Counted from the first letter of the stretch, positions 48,308 to 59,099 are shown. The stretch is 64,000 nt of DNA from Bythopirellula sp. (GCA_965216565.1 OZ244170.1:2176001-2240000), one strand, 5' to 3'. Made by a program: numbers and translations. Notes: a model not told the origin generated them from the letters alone.

Positions 48308-48667
48308 TCATGGAGAGATGTGCCTACAGACCCCCAAAATTAAACTCTGAACCTCCGACCCAACGCGTCGGAACTTGGGGCTGTCGCTTTTTGGAATGCC
48401 GATGAAACGAAGTCAGAATCTGCTAGAGACGATGTGCAGAACAATCCGTTTTGTCTATTAATCTCAAAAACTTGCAGTTGTTTTTGACAATCGCGTTCGG
48501 AGCCAAACCGCAACTCGCATATTTAGACGAGAAGAAACAAGCCGATGCAGTTCTCCATGGCGAAATAGCGGGACGAACGGGGTAGGTCCCCATTCACTCC
48601 GATTCCATGATCCATTGGATCGAGAGAATCTTGCTACTTGGAGAACAGACGAGGCTCACGCGAGAGG

Positions 48668-49228
48668 CTACTTCTTCACGCCACAAGCGCTAGCTACCGC
48701 GCAACTCGTGCAGCTTTCACAACCGCCTTGGCCCATGGCTTCTTCGGTACCGCAACCGGGCCCGCAACCTTCGGCCAGTGTCTCGGCAAAGCGGCGGAAC
48801 TCGACCGAGGTCTCATAGGTTTCTGCAAGTTGTTGAGTCAACCGCTCCGCAGCTGCGGGCACTTCGCCCAGAAAATAGAAGAACAGCCCTTCGCCATCGA
48901 ACAGATGCTCGACGTCGATTAGCGTTGCCGCGATCTGTTGCTCTGCCAGCAAGTTGGTGCAGGCCTCGAACGCCTCTTGGCGATGTTTGTCGAGCCGTGC
49001 CTGCAGCAGGTCGTCCTCCACTGTCATGCGACGCAGAATTTGTCCCTGCATGGCCGCCACGGTATCGTCCATCTCCGGCTCGGCGAGCACTGTTCCGATC
49101 TCCAACCCGCGCACGCTCCGGACGATCACCCGTGAATTTCGCGTGTAAAGCGTGGCATCAGGCGAGGTGAATCGCCCTACTTGGCCGAGCAAACTGTAGC
49201 GTACGAGGTGCAGGCTCATGGTGTCCAA
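48668..49228 (-). CDS. PSP1/RicT(YaaT)-like protein with Cys-rich C-terminus
   Basis: VIVRSVRGLEIGTV, ILRR.T.ED, DVEHLFD...FYF; six Cys in the last ~30 aa. Confidence 0.75.
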   Translation of the reverse strand: MDTMSLHLVRYSLLGQVGRFTSPDATLYTRNSRVIVRSVRGLEIGTVLAEPEMDDTVAAMQGQILRRMTVEDDLLQARLDKHRQEAFEACTNLLAEQQIAATLIDVEHLFDGEGLFFYFLGEVPAAAERLTQQLAETYETSVEFRRFAETLAEGCGPGCGTEEAMGQGGCESCTSCAVASACGVKK

Positions 49229-49395
49229 TGCATGGAAAGTGGTTGATTTGTCCTTCCATTCTTACTGCTGCCGCCGCTTGTGCCAACCTCGAAAGGTTGC
49301 GGGCTCTCCAAAGCCCCGCTTGCGTAATCCGTCTAGGATTCCAATACTAGGTCATCGATCCCTTTCCGACGTTTCTCACCTTGATTGTACGATTT

Positions 49396-50439
49396 ATGTC
49401 GACACCTATTAGCGAACTCGCAACCAATCCGATTTCTACCAGCCGCTGGCAAGCGTATGCCGACCGCGTTTTGTCAGGTGAATCGCTCACAACCGAGGAG
49501 GCCCAGGAAATCCTGCGCGCCCCCGACTCAGAGCTTCTAGATCTGTTGCAGGCGGCCTACCGCGTCCGCGAGCATCACTTTGGCCGCAGGGTGCAGCTTT
49601 ACTTATTAATGAATGCCAAAAGTGGCCTGTGCCCAGAGGATTGCAGCTATTGCTCGCAGTCGAAAGTCTCCGACGCAGAGATCCCTCGCTACAATTTCCT
49701 CCGTCGCGACGATCTGATGGCAGGCGCCCAAGCGGCCGTCGATCGACAGGCGTCGACTTATTGCATTGTGATCTCCGCCCGTGGACCCAACGAGCGCGAA
49801 ATGGAGGCGGTCGAGCAGATTGTCCCCGAGATCAAAGAAAAGTTCGGGCTCAATGTGTGTGCCTGCCTAGGGCTACTGACACTCGATCAGGCAGAGCGGT
49901 TGAAGGCTTGTGGGGTCGATCGGGTGAACCACAATCTCAATACGGGTGCCGAGCACTACGACGAGATTTGCACAACACACACCTATCAGGATCGCGTCGA
50001 CACGCTCAAAGCGGTCTCGGCGGCTGGCATGGAGCTCTGTTCCGGCGGCATTGTCGGCATGGGCGAGAAGGCGAGCGACGTCGTCGACATGGCCATCGAA
50101 CTCCGTGAGTTGGGCGTGCATTCCATTCCGGTGAACTTTCTCAATCCAATCGAGGGTACCCCGCTCTCCGGTCAGGACGAACTCACGCCGAGCTACTGCC
50201 TGAAAGTGCTAGCAATGTTTCGGCTCGTGAATCCCGATCGCGAGATCCGGATTGCCGGCGGTCGCGAGATGCATCTCCGCAGCCTCCAGCCGTTGGGCCT
50301 GTATGCCGCCAATTCGATCTTCGTGGGCGATTACCTCACCACTCAGGGTCAACTTCCCGAAGAAGACTACGCCATGATTCGTGACCTTGGCTTCGAAGTC
50401 GTTCAGTCCGGCGAAGCGGCGACAATCTCTAAACAGTAG
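49396..50439 (+). CDS. bioB: Biotin synthase
   Basis: CPEDCSYC radical-SAM motif, YCIV, CACLG, NHNLNT, CSGG, PVNFL.PI.GT, RIAGGR, ANSIF.GDYLTT. Confidence 0.96.
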   Translation: MSTPISELATNPISTSRWQAYADRVLSGESLTTEEAQEILRAPDSELLDLLQAAYRVREHHFGRRVQLYLLMNAKSGLCPEDCSYCSQSKVSDAEIPRYNFLRRDDLMAGAQAAVDRQASTYCIVISARGPNEREMEAVEQIVPEIKEKFGLNVCACLGLLTLDQAERLKACGVDRVNHNLNTGAEHYDEICTTHTYQDRVDTLKAVSAAGMELCSGGIVGMGEKASDVVDMAIELRELGVHSIPVNFLNPIEGTPLSGQDELTPSYCLKVLAMFRLVNPDREIRIAGGREMHLRSLQPLGLYAANSIFVGDYLTTQGQLPEEDYAMIRDLGFEVVQSGEAATISKQ

Positions 50440-50619
50440 TGCTCCGAGAGCTCGCTTCTCGGTGATAGCACGCCCTGCATCGCATCCTGCGCACTTTACC
50501 AGGCTTATTTTACCGGAATCTTTCCGGGAATCGGTTCATATTCACTAGCAATCCCTACCGATAAAGTCCACGACGGACTTTCGTCTACACGTAGGAAATC
50601 AATGCGCAGGGATGCGAAT

Positions 50620-53600
50620 ATGTCGAAACGACGCTTTACCAGTATTGCGATTGCTACTCTTTGCCTCATCACCATGGGGATCCCCCCCCATCTAGCGGAG
50701 AAATCGGTCGGCGCCACGCTGTCGGAACGATTTTCTTCCTTGGGCGGGATGTTCAAGAAAGATGATCCGAAGCCCCAATCAAATCGATCTCAGGCAAATC
50801 GGTCGCAGGCCAGCCAATCCTCAACGCGAAGCACTAGACAGCGCTCCGCGCGAACAGGCTATGGAAAAACCAGTCAGCGCGGTCGCACAACAGCCAGCAA
50901 CAATTCCCGGTCACGAACCAGCTCGCCCAAGAAGAGTGGGCTAAGCAGCTTCTTGCCAGAAAGTCTATTTGGGAAGAAGAAGACTTCTCAAAACGTTGCC
51001 AGTGATCGACCACGGCAACAGCCAAACCGACAGCAACAGGCCAGTTCCCGGAGTCAGAACCGCCGCAGTGCGGGCCAAGTGGCCCAACAGAAAAGAAGCG
51101 CACCAAGTGCAAAAGTTAAGAGCCAAATCGCTAAGGACCTACCGGAGATTGTGGAAGATCGCAGGGCACCGATAGCCGCCACGATTCGTAGGTCTCCTCA
51201 AATTGGCCGAGACGATGATCTTCAAGATACCCTCGACGAGTTGGGCAGTAGCGACGATCTGCTGCCAGGTTCAGTCATTGTCGATAGCGAAGAGACCGTC
51301 GTAGAAGACAACGTCACTCCGGCGCCAGGCGCCGCGGTACTTGCTATGGATGACTACGGAGCCGAAATCGTTGGCGACACCGACGATGTCGCAGAGTTTG
51401 AGGACACGGCCATCGCCGAGGATGAAGCAGCTCTCGTAGTAGAAGACGAGTACATTGCCGAGGAGGTGGTTGTCTCCGAACAAACCCCTGACGCGGACGA
51501 GTCTCTCAAAGATGAGACCTTCGAAATCGTCGGAAATCTACCACTCACAGGTGAAAACTTAGATTCTCAGGAAGCTGTGCAAGACTATTCCGTAGATTCT
51601 CATGACGACGCCGAGTTCGCAGTCGTCCAAGAGGAAATTATCTACGAACCTTCCCAGCAAATCGCTGATAACACTTTTGAGGAAAATAACCTTGAGGAGA
51701 ATACCGTTGAAGAAGGTGCCGCTCAGCACGGCAATCTAGCTCAAGAAGAAACACCCTTCGGGCAGGCTAATCTGGACGTTCACGATGCGTTGTTGAGCGA
51801 AGACCTCTATGCGATGCCAGAGGAAGAAGCCGCAGTCGTTTCCGAACAAGAACCTGCGATGGAAGAAGGTCATGCCGAGGAGCAATTCGCCGACATCGTA
51901 GAAACCCTCGAAAAAGAAAGTGCCGAAATTGCTCTCATCGATGAGCCTCACGCTGATGAATTGGCTCCTGCAGAAGTACTGGCCGAACAGCCAGAACTGG
52001 CGGCCGAGGAATTAGTCGCAGGCAACACCGCTGAGGAGGCCTTTGCCACCGATTCGGTTACTAAGCAAGAATCTGCCTTGACCGATGAGCTTTATTATTC
52101 TGCTACCGAACCCCAGGAAGCTTCCGATCCTCAGGAGACTTTGGCAGAACCGCAAAACGAAGAAGAAGCCCAAATGGCAGTTGTCGAGATTACTCCTCAG
52201 GCGGATCAACCAGTCCCCAGCGTCGATGCCTTCGAATCGATCTCCGAATTGGCTTCGGAAAGTACCCCTGAACCTCAACAGGTGATTGCCAGCGACTCGC
52301 AGTCGAGTCCCGGCCGATATTCAGAGCACACGCCGACAACCACAGTGCAGGAGCCTCAACAACAATCCGGCGATCAGTTTGCCGACGTGGTGGAGACTCT
52401 CGAATCGCAGCCCCGGTTGACGGCAACGAATCCTGTCGAAACTCCCAAGCAGGGCAGAACGAGCCAGGAGAGAATTGAAGTAGTTGCTAGTGAGCCCATT
52501 AAGAAACCGGAACCTCAACAGCAATTAGTTCGCGAAGACATCAAGACGGCTTCCCAACCGCAGCCACGCGAGGCCACACGACTGATCCGTCCCCATGGCG
52601 ATGTGCTGACATCTGCCGAACAACCGGTCATCATGTCGCACGTCGAAGGACCGCGTAGTATTCTGGTCGGCAAGGAAGCGAGCTACCGTGTTGTCCTGGA
52701 GAACACCAGTCAAGCAGAAGCCCAAAACCTGTCGGCCGCCGTCAAGGTGCCAGAGTGGGCAGACTTGGTCGACGTGGTTTGCTCCGCTGGAATCGTCGAG
52801 CAGTCCAGGGACGGCAAGAACGCGGACACGCTCCAGTGGCATCTGCCCAAACTTGGGGCCCATTCTTCGCAAACACTGCAACTGCAACTCATCCCACGTA
52901 GCGGACGTGCCTTCCAGCTAGGTGTGCAGTGGAGCCAGGAAACAGCCACGACAGAAACAATCGTTGAAGTGAAGGAGCCCAAGCTACAGATGGCCATCGA
53001 AGGACCGGAAGACGTCCTGTTCGGCGATCCGAAGCGATACCGTCTGGTGCTGAAGAACCCCGGCAATGGTCCTGCCGAGAACGTCGCACTTACGTTGATT
53101 CCTCCTGGAAGCGATTCACTGTCGGCCAAGCCGCACGTCATTGGCACGCTTGGCCCGTCAGAAGTGAAGGAAATCGAAATCGAGCTCACCGCTCGGGAGA
53201 CCGGCGAGCTGATTCTACAAGCTAGTGCCGAGGCGACTGGCGATTTGAAATGCGAAGTCATCAAACGCGTCCAGTGCCGCAAACCAGAACTAGAAGTCGA
53301 TTGGCGAGGTCCGGAGCAGAAATATGCGGGCACCGAGTCAGCCTATTACTTCCGCGTCCACAACCCAGGCACCGCTAGAACCGGCGTGGTCGATGTGAAA
53401 GTACGCCTGCCTGCCGGTATCAAGTTCATCTCGGCAAGCGATAGTTTCTCTTACGACGCCACGAGCGGTCTAGTGACCTGGCGATTGGATGGGCTCCGTC
53501 CGACCGAAGAGCAGTTCATGCAGTTCCGCTGCGAGTTGGAACGACCAGGCTTGAAAGAATTTGAAGTCGAAGCCACCAGCCAAGGCGGTCTACTCACCGA

Positions 53601-54057
53601 TGCCGAGTGGATTCGCACCGAAGTGATCGCGCTGGCCGACTTGAAGTTAGACGTCCGAGATCCTCGCGGAGCGCACCCCACTGGCGAGCCCGTCACTTAC
53701 GAGATTCGCGTCGAGAACCGTGGCACGACAGATGCCGAAGGAATCTCGATCGTCGGGCTGTTTTCCGAAGGCATCGACCCGGTATCGGTGGAGGGTGCTC
53801 AAAGCTCTGTCCGAGACGGTCGGGTGAATTTCCAAACCGTGAAGACGTTGCCACCAGGCGGAGAAATCCTCCTGAAAATTCGCGCCATCGCCTCGGACGT
53901 GGGCACCCACATCTTTCGGGCTGAGGTTTCCTGCCACGATCTAGACATCAAATTGGCAGCCGAAGAAACGACTCGGTTCTTTAAAGACGATTTTCAATGG
54001 GGCGAGGGAGAGACACCTTACACGGCAGCGCGGATTAAGAAGACAAGCAGCCGTTAG
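50620..54057 (+). CDS. Large exported protein with disordered N-terminal half and C-terminal DUF11/OmcB-like Ig domains
   Basis: Signal-like N-terminus; repeated GP..V..G....Y.....N.G...A.NV beta-sandwich motifs. Confidence 0.82.
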   Translation: MSKRRFTSIAIATLCLITMGIPPHLAEKSVGATLSERFSSLGGMFKKDDPKPQSNRSQANRSQASQSSTRSTRQRSARTGYGKTSQRGRTTASNNSRSRTSSPKKSGLSSFLPESLFGKKKTSQNVASDRPRQQPNRQQQASSRSQNRRSAGQVAQQKRSAPSAKVKSQIAKDLPEIVEDRRAPIAATIRRSPQIGRDDDLQDTLDELGSSDDLLPGSVIVDSEETVVEDNVTPAPGAAVLAMDDYGAEIVGDTDDVAEFEDTAIAEDEAALVVEDEYIAEEVVVSEQTPDADESLKDETFEIVGNLPLTGENLDSQEAVQDYSVDSHDDAEFAVVQEEIIYEPSQQIADNTFEENNLEENTVEEGAAQHGNLAQEETPFGQANLDVHDALLSEDLYAMPEEEAAVVSEQEPAMEEGHAEEQFADIVETLEKESAEIALIDEPHADELAPAEVLAEQPELAAEELVAGNTAEEAFATDSVTKQESALTDELYYSATEPQEASDPQETLAEPQNEEEAQMAVVEITPQADQPVPSVDAFESISELASESTPEPQQVIASDSQSSPGRYSEHTPTTTVQEPQQQSGDQFADVVETLESQPRLTATNPVETPKQGRTSQERIEVVASEPIKKPEPQQQLVREDIKTASQPQPREATRLIRPHGDVLTSAEQPVIMSHVEGPRSILVGKEASYRVVLENTSQAEAQNLSAAVKVPEWADLVDVVCSAGIVEQSRDGKNADTLQWHLPKLGAHSSQTLQLQLIPRSGRAFQLGVQWSQETATTETIVEVKEPKLQMAIEGPEDVLFGDPKRYRLVLKNPGNGPAENVALTLIPPGSDSLSAKPHVIGTLGPSEVKEIEIELTARETGELILQASAEATGDLKCEVIKRVQCRKPELEVDWRGPEQKYAGTESAYYFRVHNPGTARTGVVDVKVRLPAGIKFISASDSFSYDATSGLVTWRLDGLRPTEEQFMQFRCELERPGLKEFEVEATSQGGLLTDAEWIRTEVIALADLKLDVRDPRGAHPTGEPVTYEIRVENRGTTDAEGISIVGLFSEGIDPVSVEGAQSSVRDGRVNFQTVKTLPPGGEILLKIRAIASDVGTHIFRAEVSCHDLDIKLAAEETTRFFKDDFQWGEGETPYTAARIKKTSSR

Positions 54058-54108
54058 GGTTCCGGCGACTTCTAGTTTGCAGCTTGTGACATTTAGTAAG
54101 TGTCGAGT

Positions 54109-55293
54109 TTATTTCACGTCGTCAAACGCCAGGGGATCGGGACTCTTGGCGTTGGTGATGCGGATTGACTTCTTGCCGTCGAGCAATTCTTCGATCAGGT
54201 TGCCAACGAGCTGTTCGCGCCAACCGGTGGCCAAGACGGGTAGATTGTCGTCTTCGGCTGGCACGAAACCCATTTTGTGGGCGACGAGCTCCCGCACGTC
54301 ACTGGCCGTACCAGCCAAACTGGCAGCGATCTCGGCATGACGACACACCGAGGCCAGCGCAGGGGCCAGAAATTGCCCCAGCAAGTTTAGTTGCGGAGGA
54401 ATTTGTTTGCGGCGGCGACTGTTGTCTCGCTTCACGGGGTTTTCCAGGCCACGACGAACACATGCAGCCAAGTCTTCCGCATTGCGTTTCGCTCCGCTAC
54501 GTTCCAGACCGCGGATGCCCATGAGGCGATCGGGGCTATCAACCTTGCGTTTTGCAATTTCAACCATCAGATCGTCTCGCAAGAGTCGCTTTTGAGGACG
54601 ATTGCGGCGTTTCGCTTCTTCGTAACGCCAGTGCCAAAGTTCGCGAATGATCGCCAAGTTTTGCGGTCCCAGTTTGCCGATGCCCGACACACGTCGCCAA
54701 TCCTTGCGCGAACTCGCCTCTACCACCTCTTGCTGCCAACTCTCCATCTCTTCTTCGAACCAAGGCAGCCGATCTCGCTCGTTGAGCAAATCCATCAGTT
54801 TGTCGTACAACGGCATCAGATGACGCACATCTTCCAGGGCATAGTTAATCTGCGACTTGGTGAGCGGACGTTTGCGCCAGTCGGTACGCTGCTCGCCCTT
54901 AGCCGGCTGGATCCCCAGAAATTTATTCACGATCGAACCGTAGGCCGACGGGAATTCGTTACTGCAAAAACCTGCGGCGATCTGGACATCGAACAGCTGT
55001 TGGGGCAGCTTGTCGACCGCTCGCAACATGAAGTTCAGTTCCTCGCGCCCAGCATGCAGGACTGTGATGTGGTCGCCTTCAACCAACATCTTCCAGAATG
55101 GCGTGATATCTTCGATCGCCATCGTGTCGATAACGGCCATCTCATCGCGCGTCGAAACTTGTATCAAACAGAGTTCCGGATAGAACGTGTCTTCTGAGAC
55201 AAATTCCGTATCAATACCGATGAACTCAGCCGAGCTGAGTCGGTCGCATAGTTGATCGAGAACTTTGGACTCGGTAATCGTAGGTGCAGACAC
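54109..55293 (-). CDS. rnd: Ribonuclease D
   Basis: IDTEF, LCLIQ, HAGREE, FDVQIAA, TDWRKRPL...YA..DV, HRDC-like domain; GTG start inferred. Confidence 0.92.
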   Translation of the reverse strand: MSAPTITESKVLDQLCDRLSSAEFIGIDTEFVSEDTFYPELCLIQVSTRDEMAVIDTMAIEDITPFWKMLVEGDHITVLHAGREELNFMLRAVDKLPQQLFDVQIAAGFCSNEFPSAYGSIVNKFLGIQPAKGEQRTDWRKRPLTKSQINYALEDVRHLMPLYDKLMDLLNERDRLPWFEEEMESWQQEVVEASSRKDWRRVSGIGKLGPQNLAIIRELWHWRYEEAKRRNRPQKRLLRDDLMVEIAKRKVDSPDRLMGIRGLERSGAKRNAEDLAACVRRGLENPVKRDNSRRRKQIPPQLNLLGQFLAPALASVCRHAEIAASLAGTASDVRELVAHKMGFVPAEDDNLPVLATGWREQLVGNLIEELLDGKKSIRITNAKSPDPLAFDDVK

Positions 55294-55407
55294 TGGGAAA
55301 CGATTCTCAATCGGATTCAAACGGGCAAGGTGGCAGTCCAAGGGTCGGCATTCTACGGTGTCGACCCTCTACCCAGCAACCTTAACTGCTCGCTGTTCTT
55401 CGCAGAA

Positions 55408-57036
55408 TCAATGTGCTTCCGTACTGACCACGGCAGGTGGATGGGCCTGGCTTACCTCTGTAGCCTCAGGCAGGTCCGACATGTAGCGCCAATTGGTGAG
55501 TGCCAAGATTGGCAACAGGAACAAACAGCTGTAACCCATGTAACCAAAGAAACTCGGCATTCTAACGCCTGACTTCTCAGCGATGGCCTTCACCATGAAG
55601 TTTGGCCCATTGCCGATATACGTCATGGCTCCCATGAACACTGCACCAAGGCTGATGGCTACTAACACCATTTCATTGACGCCGGCGGTAGCTCCAACGA
55701 CGGGTGGCACCTGGGCCGCCTTGAAAAAGACCAAATAGGTGGGGGCATTATCTAGGAACGACGAGAGTCCGCCCGTCGCCCAGAAGAACCCGGTGGGGTT
55801 CAACGAGCCTGCAATCACCTGTCCCTTTTCCGCCAGTATCTGCAACGCGGGCTGCATGCAAACGAATATCCCGATGAACAGTGCCGCCACTTCGATAATC
55901 GCGTGATAGTTGAAGTTATTCTTCGCGCGGATCTGCTTGGATCCCCAGAAGAGTGAGATAGCAACTAGTCCCAACTGAATAATCTCTCGCATAAACATCC
56001 AGGCATGCCATTCGGTGCCCGGCAGAGACTTCTTCGGATCGAGTAGACCTACCGCCAAGACCACACCCAGCAGGAGTGGAAAGTTCAATCCCAAACCACT
56101 AACTCGGATACGGCGAGTATGGGTGATGTCTCGCTTAATATCTTTCTTGGTTTCTTTCGGATAGAAGTAGAACTGGTCGACCAAGCAATAGGTCAGCAGC
56201 AGCAGCCCGTTAACGAACAGCCAGGGCTCCCAGAGACCCAGGGTCCATGTAAATTCCACGCCCTCTAAGTAACCAAGGAACAGCGGTGGATCGCCAATTG
56301 GCAGCAAGCAACCGCCGCAGTTGCAGACAACGAAAATGAAGAACACGATCGTATGACGAACGTGCTTCCGTTCGTCGTTAGTGTCCAGCAGCGGGCGAAT
56401 CAACAGCATCGCGGCACCGGTGGTGCCAATAAAGCTGGCGAGCAATCCACCAACGGTCATGAAGCTGGCATTGGTAAGTGGGTTGGCTTGCAGGTCGCCT
56501 TCGATGCGGATTCCACCTGCAATCGTATACAGGCTGAATAGCAACACGATGAATGGGATGTATTCCGAGAGGATCGCATTTGCCAAGGTCGCGCCGACGA
56601 AGCCCGTTTGCAGAGCACCTTCGCTGGGCTCAACAACACTGTGAGCAGGCCAGTGTACGTCGATGGGTGAGTGGTGGAGCACGGCATAGTAGCCCAAAGT
56701 CAGCAGCCCCAAACCGGCAGCCACCTTGAATCGGTTGACGTTGTTCTCCCACCAATGCTCAGTAATTCGAACTAGCGGAAACACAGCGATAGCGAGCAAA
56801 AGCAGCACAAAGGGAATCACCGTCCAGTAGGGCGGGGCAGAGGCTATTCCATGAGAATCGTGACTTCCGTGAGCGTCTGCTGCTGGAGCTTCAGTCGCAT
56901 GATGCAACGATTCGACGACCAGTTCTGTGGCATAACTTGGTAGGCCCCAAATGGCGCTTACCAAATAAATGGCAATGATCGTAACGATCCCGTAAACAAC
57001 CATATTGCCACGAGATTCGTGTGCCGAGCTACTCAT
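55408..57036 (-). CDS. Ion-transporter superfamily (putative Na+/H+ antiporter, CitMHS-like) protein
   Basis: IGTTGAAM, NCGGCLLPIGDPPLFLG, SSFLDNAPTY, GAMTYIGNGPNFMV. Confidence 0.85.
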   Translation of the reverse strand: MSSSAHESRGNMVVYGIVTIIAIYLVSAIWGLPSYATELVVESLHHATEAPAADAHGSHDSHGIASAPPYWTVIPFVLLLLAIAVFPLVRITEHWWENNVNRFKVAAGLGLLTLGYYAVLHHSPIDVHWPAHSVVEPSEGALQTGFVGATLANAILSEYIPFIVLLFSLYTIAGGIRIEGDLQANPLTNASFMTVGGLLASFIGTTGAAMLLIRPLLDTNDERKHVRHTIVFFIFVVCNCGGCLLPIGDPPLFLGYLEGVEFTWTLGLWEPWLFVNGLLLLTYCLVDQFYFYPKETKKDIKRDITHTRRIRVSGLGLNFPLLLGVVLAVGLLDPKKSLPGTEWHAWMFMREIIQLGLVAISLFWGSKQIRAKNNFNYHAIIEVAALFIGIFVCMQPALQILAEKGQVIAGSLNPTGFFWATGGLSSFLDNAPTYLVFFKAAQVPPVVGATAGVNEMVLVAISLGAVFMGAMTYIGNGPNFMVKAIAEKSGVRMPSFFGYMGYSCLFLLPILALTNWRYMSDLPEATEVSQAHPPAVVSTEAH

Positions 57037-57496
57037 ACTTGTGATATCCGTTGCCACTGTGATTCTCACCTCATTCGGTTCCTGAGATTAGCCTATACAT
57101 TTCGGCCCATCTCAGAGCAAACCGCTCGAATAATATTGGTAAAAGACTACGAAGTCAGCGTCTATGGGTCTACCCGGAATGCGTCCCAGCAATACCTGGC
57201 GACAGGTTGACGCCCACTTTCACATTTTCATGCCAGTTTGAGTTTCCGTTACCCTGAGAAGCCCTATTTCAAGCTCCGGATAACAGTCAAACTTAGGTCA
57301 CCATTAGGGAGGTGTGGCTTTCTTCGTTAAAGGTATATCTAAGGGTCTCCTCTGCTAACCGGGATTCGTCGCCTAGAATCCCTACGACCGGTATGAATGT
57401 TCGCTGTGACTACCTGAGAAACTTGAATCATAGTAGACTCTGCACAGCGGGAACCAACAGAAATCCCGCGAATTCATGCTACTTAATTATTTGAGA

Positions 57497-58057
57497 ATGA
57501 TGGAAATCTGGCTTCGTCCCAATCGCCGAATACTGCTTGTGTCACTGATTCCCGTGCTGGGGATTGGAGTCTTGTCCCTCGCGGTTGTGGCCCTCGCGGA
57601 GTCCCCCCTGATGAAGTGGGGAGCCGGTGCATTACTCGTCTTAGCCGCAGTTATGGCGGCTGGGCTGGTCCAGCAACTCTTGAAACCTCGAATTGTTTAC
57701 CGCGATGGGCATGTGCTGTTCTACCTCCGATCCCGTCAACCTATAGCCGTTCCCGTGGCGGTGGTGGAAGCTTTTTTTCTGGGACAGGGTCCTGCCAACT
57801 TGCCGGCCATGATTCCGCAAGGAGATAACCCCGAACGGACCGAGACGGTCAACCTGATTGCCAGGCTGTCTCAAAAATATCCCGACTGGGCCAAGCAAGA
57901 CGTCAAGCACGCGCTGGGGAATTGGTGCGATAGCTATGTAACCATCCGGGGCACATGGTGCGAGACGCTCAACGAAGAAACGATTCGCCGACTCAACAGA
58001 CGCCTTGCCGAGGTTTCGCGTGCCGAGACTGCCGAAGAAACGGTTGCCACACCCTAA
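57497..58057 (+). CDS. Hypothetical membrane protein (two N-terminal TM helices)
   Basis: ORF with two hydrophobic helices and a soluble C-terminal domain. Confidence 0.7.
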   Translation: MMEIWLRPNRRILLVSLIPVLGIGVLSLAVVALAESPLMKWGAGALLVLAAVMAAGLVQQLLKPRIVYRDGHVLFYLRSRQPIAVPVAVVEAFFLGQGPANLPAMIPQGDNPERTETVNLIARLSQKYPDWAKQDVKHALGNWCDSYVTIRGTWCETLNEETIRRLNRRLAEVSRAETAEETVATP

Positions 58058-58101
58058 GACATGAACCGGCCTCAGTCTAATGAAAAGGAAGGGCTTATGA
58101 A

Positions 58102-58854
58102 ATGGAAGCTCAGGAAGTAGTGCTGACTGCTGCACCAGAATCCAAAGTCACCAGCACAGGGCTACTGGTCAGTGTCCGCAATCAGGCGGAAGCTACGGCA
58201 GCGATGGCGGGCGGAGCCGATTGGATTGATTTGAAAGAGCCGCGTGCAGGTGCCCTAGGTGCCGTCGACCCGGCAATCGCCACGGAGGTGGCTCAGTTTA
58301 TCAACAATCGCTGCCCCTTGTCGGCAGCACTGGGCGAACTGGAAACTTGGAAAAACACATCTGCCCCAAAGCTGCTTGAAGTTCCCGGAATTTCGTACGT
58401 CAAGCTAGGGCTCTCTGGCTACGGCCCAACTCGCGATTGGAAATCAATCTGGAAGAAGTCCGACGCCGAGATCTCTGCCACCGGCAAGTCGCTGGTAGCC
58501 GTGGCGTACGTTGATTGGAAAGCTGCCGACGCCCCATCACCGGAGGAAGTGATCTCTTGCGCTGCCAATTCGCTTGCAAGATGTCTGTTGATCGACACTT
58601 TCGACAAAGGTGCGGGAAGTACCTTGGAATGTCTCCACAGAGAAGGGCTACAGCAGATAGTTCAACAAGCCAAGTCGCACAAATTGAAAGTCGTCCTAGC
58701 GGGCAAAATACATGGTGAGCAGCTCTCCTCACTTCCGTTAGAAAGCACCGACATGCTCGCAGTACGTGGAGCAGTTTGCCCGTCGGGCCGCGAAAGCTCA
58801 GTCGAACAGCAGCTAGTCGCCGGACTCAAGGCCGCGATAGAAGCTCGCCATTAG
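58102..58854 (+). CDS. mfnB: (5-formylfuran-3-yl)methyl phosphate synthase (MfnB/DUF556 family)
   Basis: LLVSVRN..EA..A..GGADWIDLKEP..GALG, SAALGE, YVKLG, VAVAY.D, IDTFDK, AVRGAVC. Confidence 0.85.
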   Translation: MEAQEVVLTAAPESKVTSTGLLVSVRNQAEATAAMAGGADWIDLKEPRAGALGAVDPAIATEVAQFINNRCPLSAALGELETWKNTSAPKLLEVPGISYVKLGLSGYGPTRDWKSIWKKSDAEISATGKSLVAVAYVDWKAADAPSPEEVISCAANSLARCLLIDTFDKGAGSTLECLHREGLQQIVQQAKSHKLKVVLAGKIHGEQLSSLPLESTDMLAVRGAVCPSGRESSVEQQLVAGLKAAIEARH

Positions 58855-58941
58855 CCGCCGCTAGTAACACGTCATTGGGCAACAAAACGGTGCCCTACGT
58901 GCATGATTAAACGCAATAAACCTCCGATAATTTGAATTTGC

Positions 58942-58969
58942 TTGACACCCGAAGGAAAACCTTGATACT
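58942..58969 (+). promoter_or_regulatory. Putative sigma70 promoter
   Basis: TTGACA-N16-GATACT with AT-rich upstream sequence. Confidence 0.5.
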
Positions 58970-59099
58970 CAAAATTGAATGGGGGTAGACAATCCGTGGG
59001 GGAGCGTCCACCCTGAGTGTGAAATTCACACATTCTTATCGAATCGAGTGGCGTAACTCGAACTGTGTTTTCTGGGGATCACGTTTGAGGGCAGACGGC

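Noticed and set aside
49284..49299. CAACCT-CGAA-AGGTTG palindrome as a BirA operator upstream of bioB
   Set aside because: Half-site spacing is far shorter than in known BirA sites; function unsupported.
54391..55197. 268-aa + strand ORF
   Set aside because: Antisense shadow of rnd.
58908..58930. Sigma28-like promoter (TAAA...CCGATAA)
   Set aside because: Spacer is 11 bp rather than about 15 bp.
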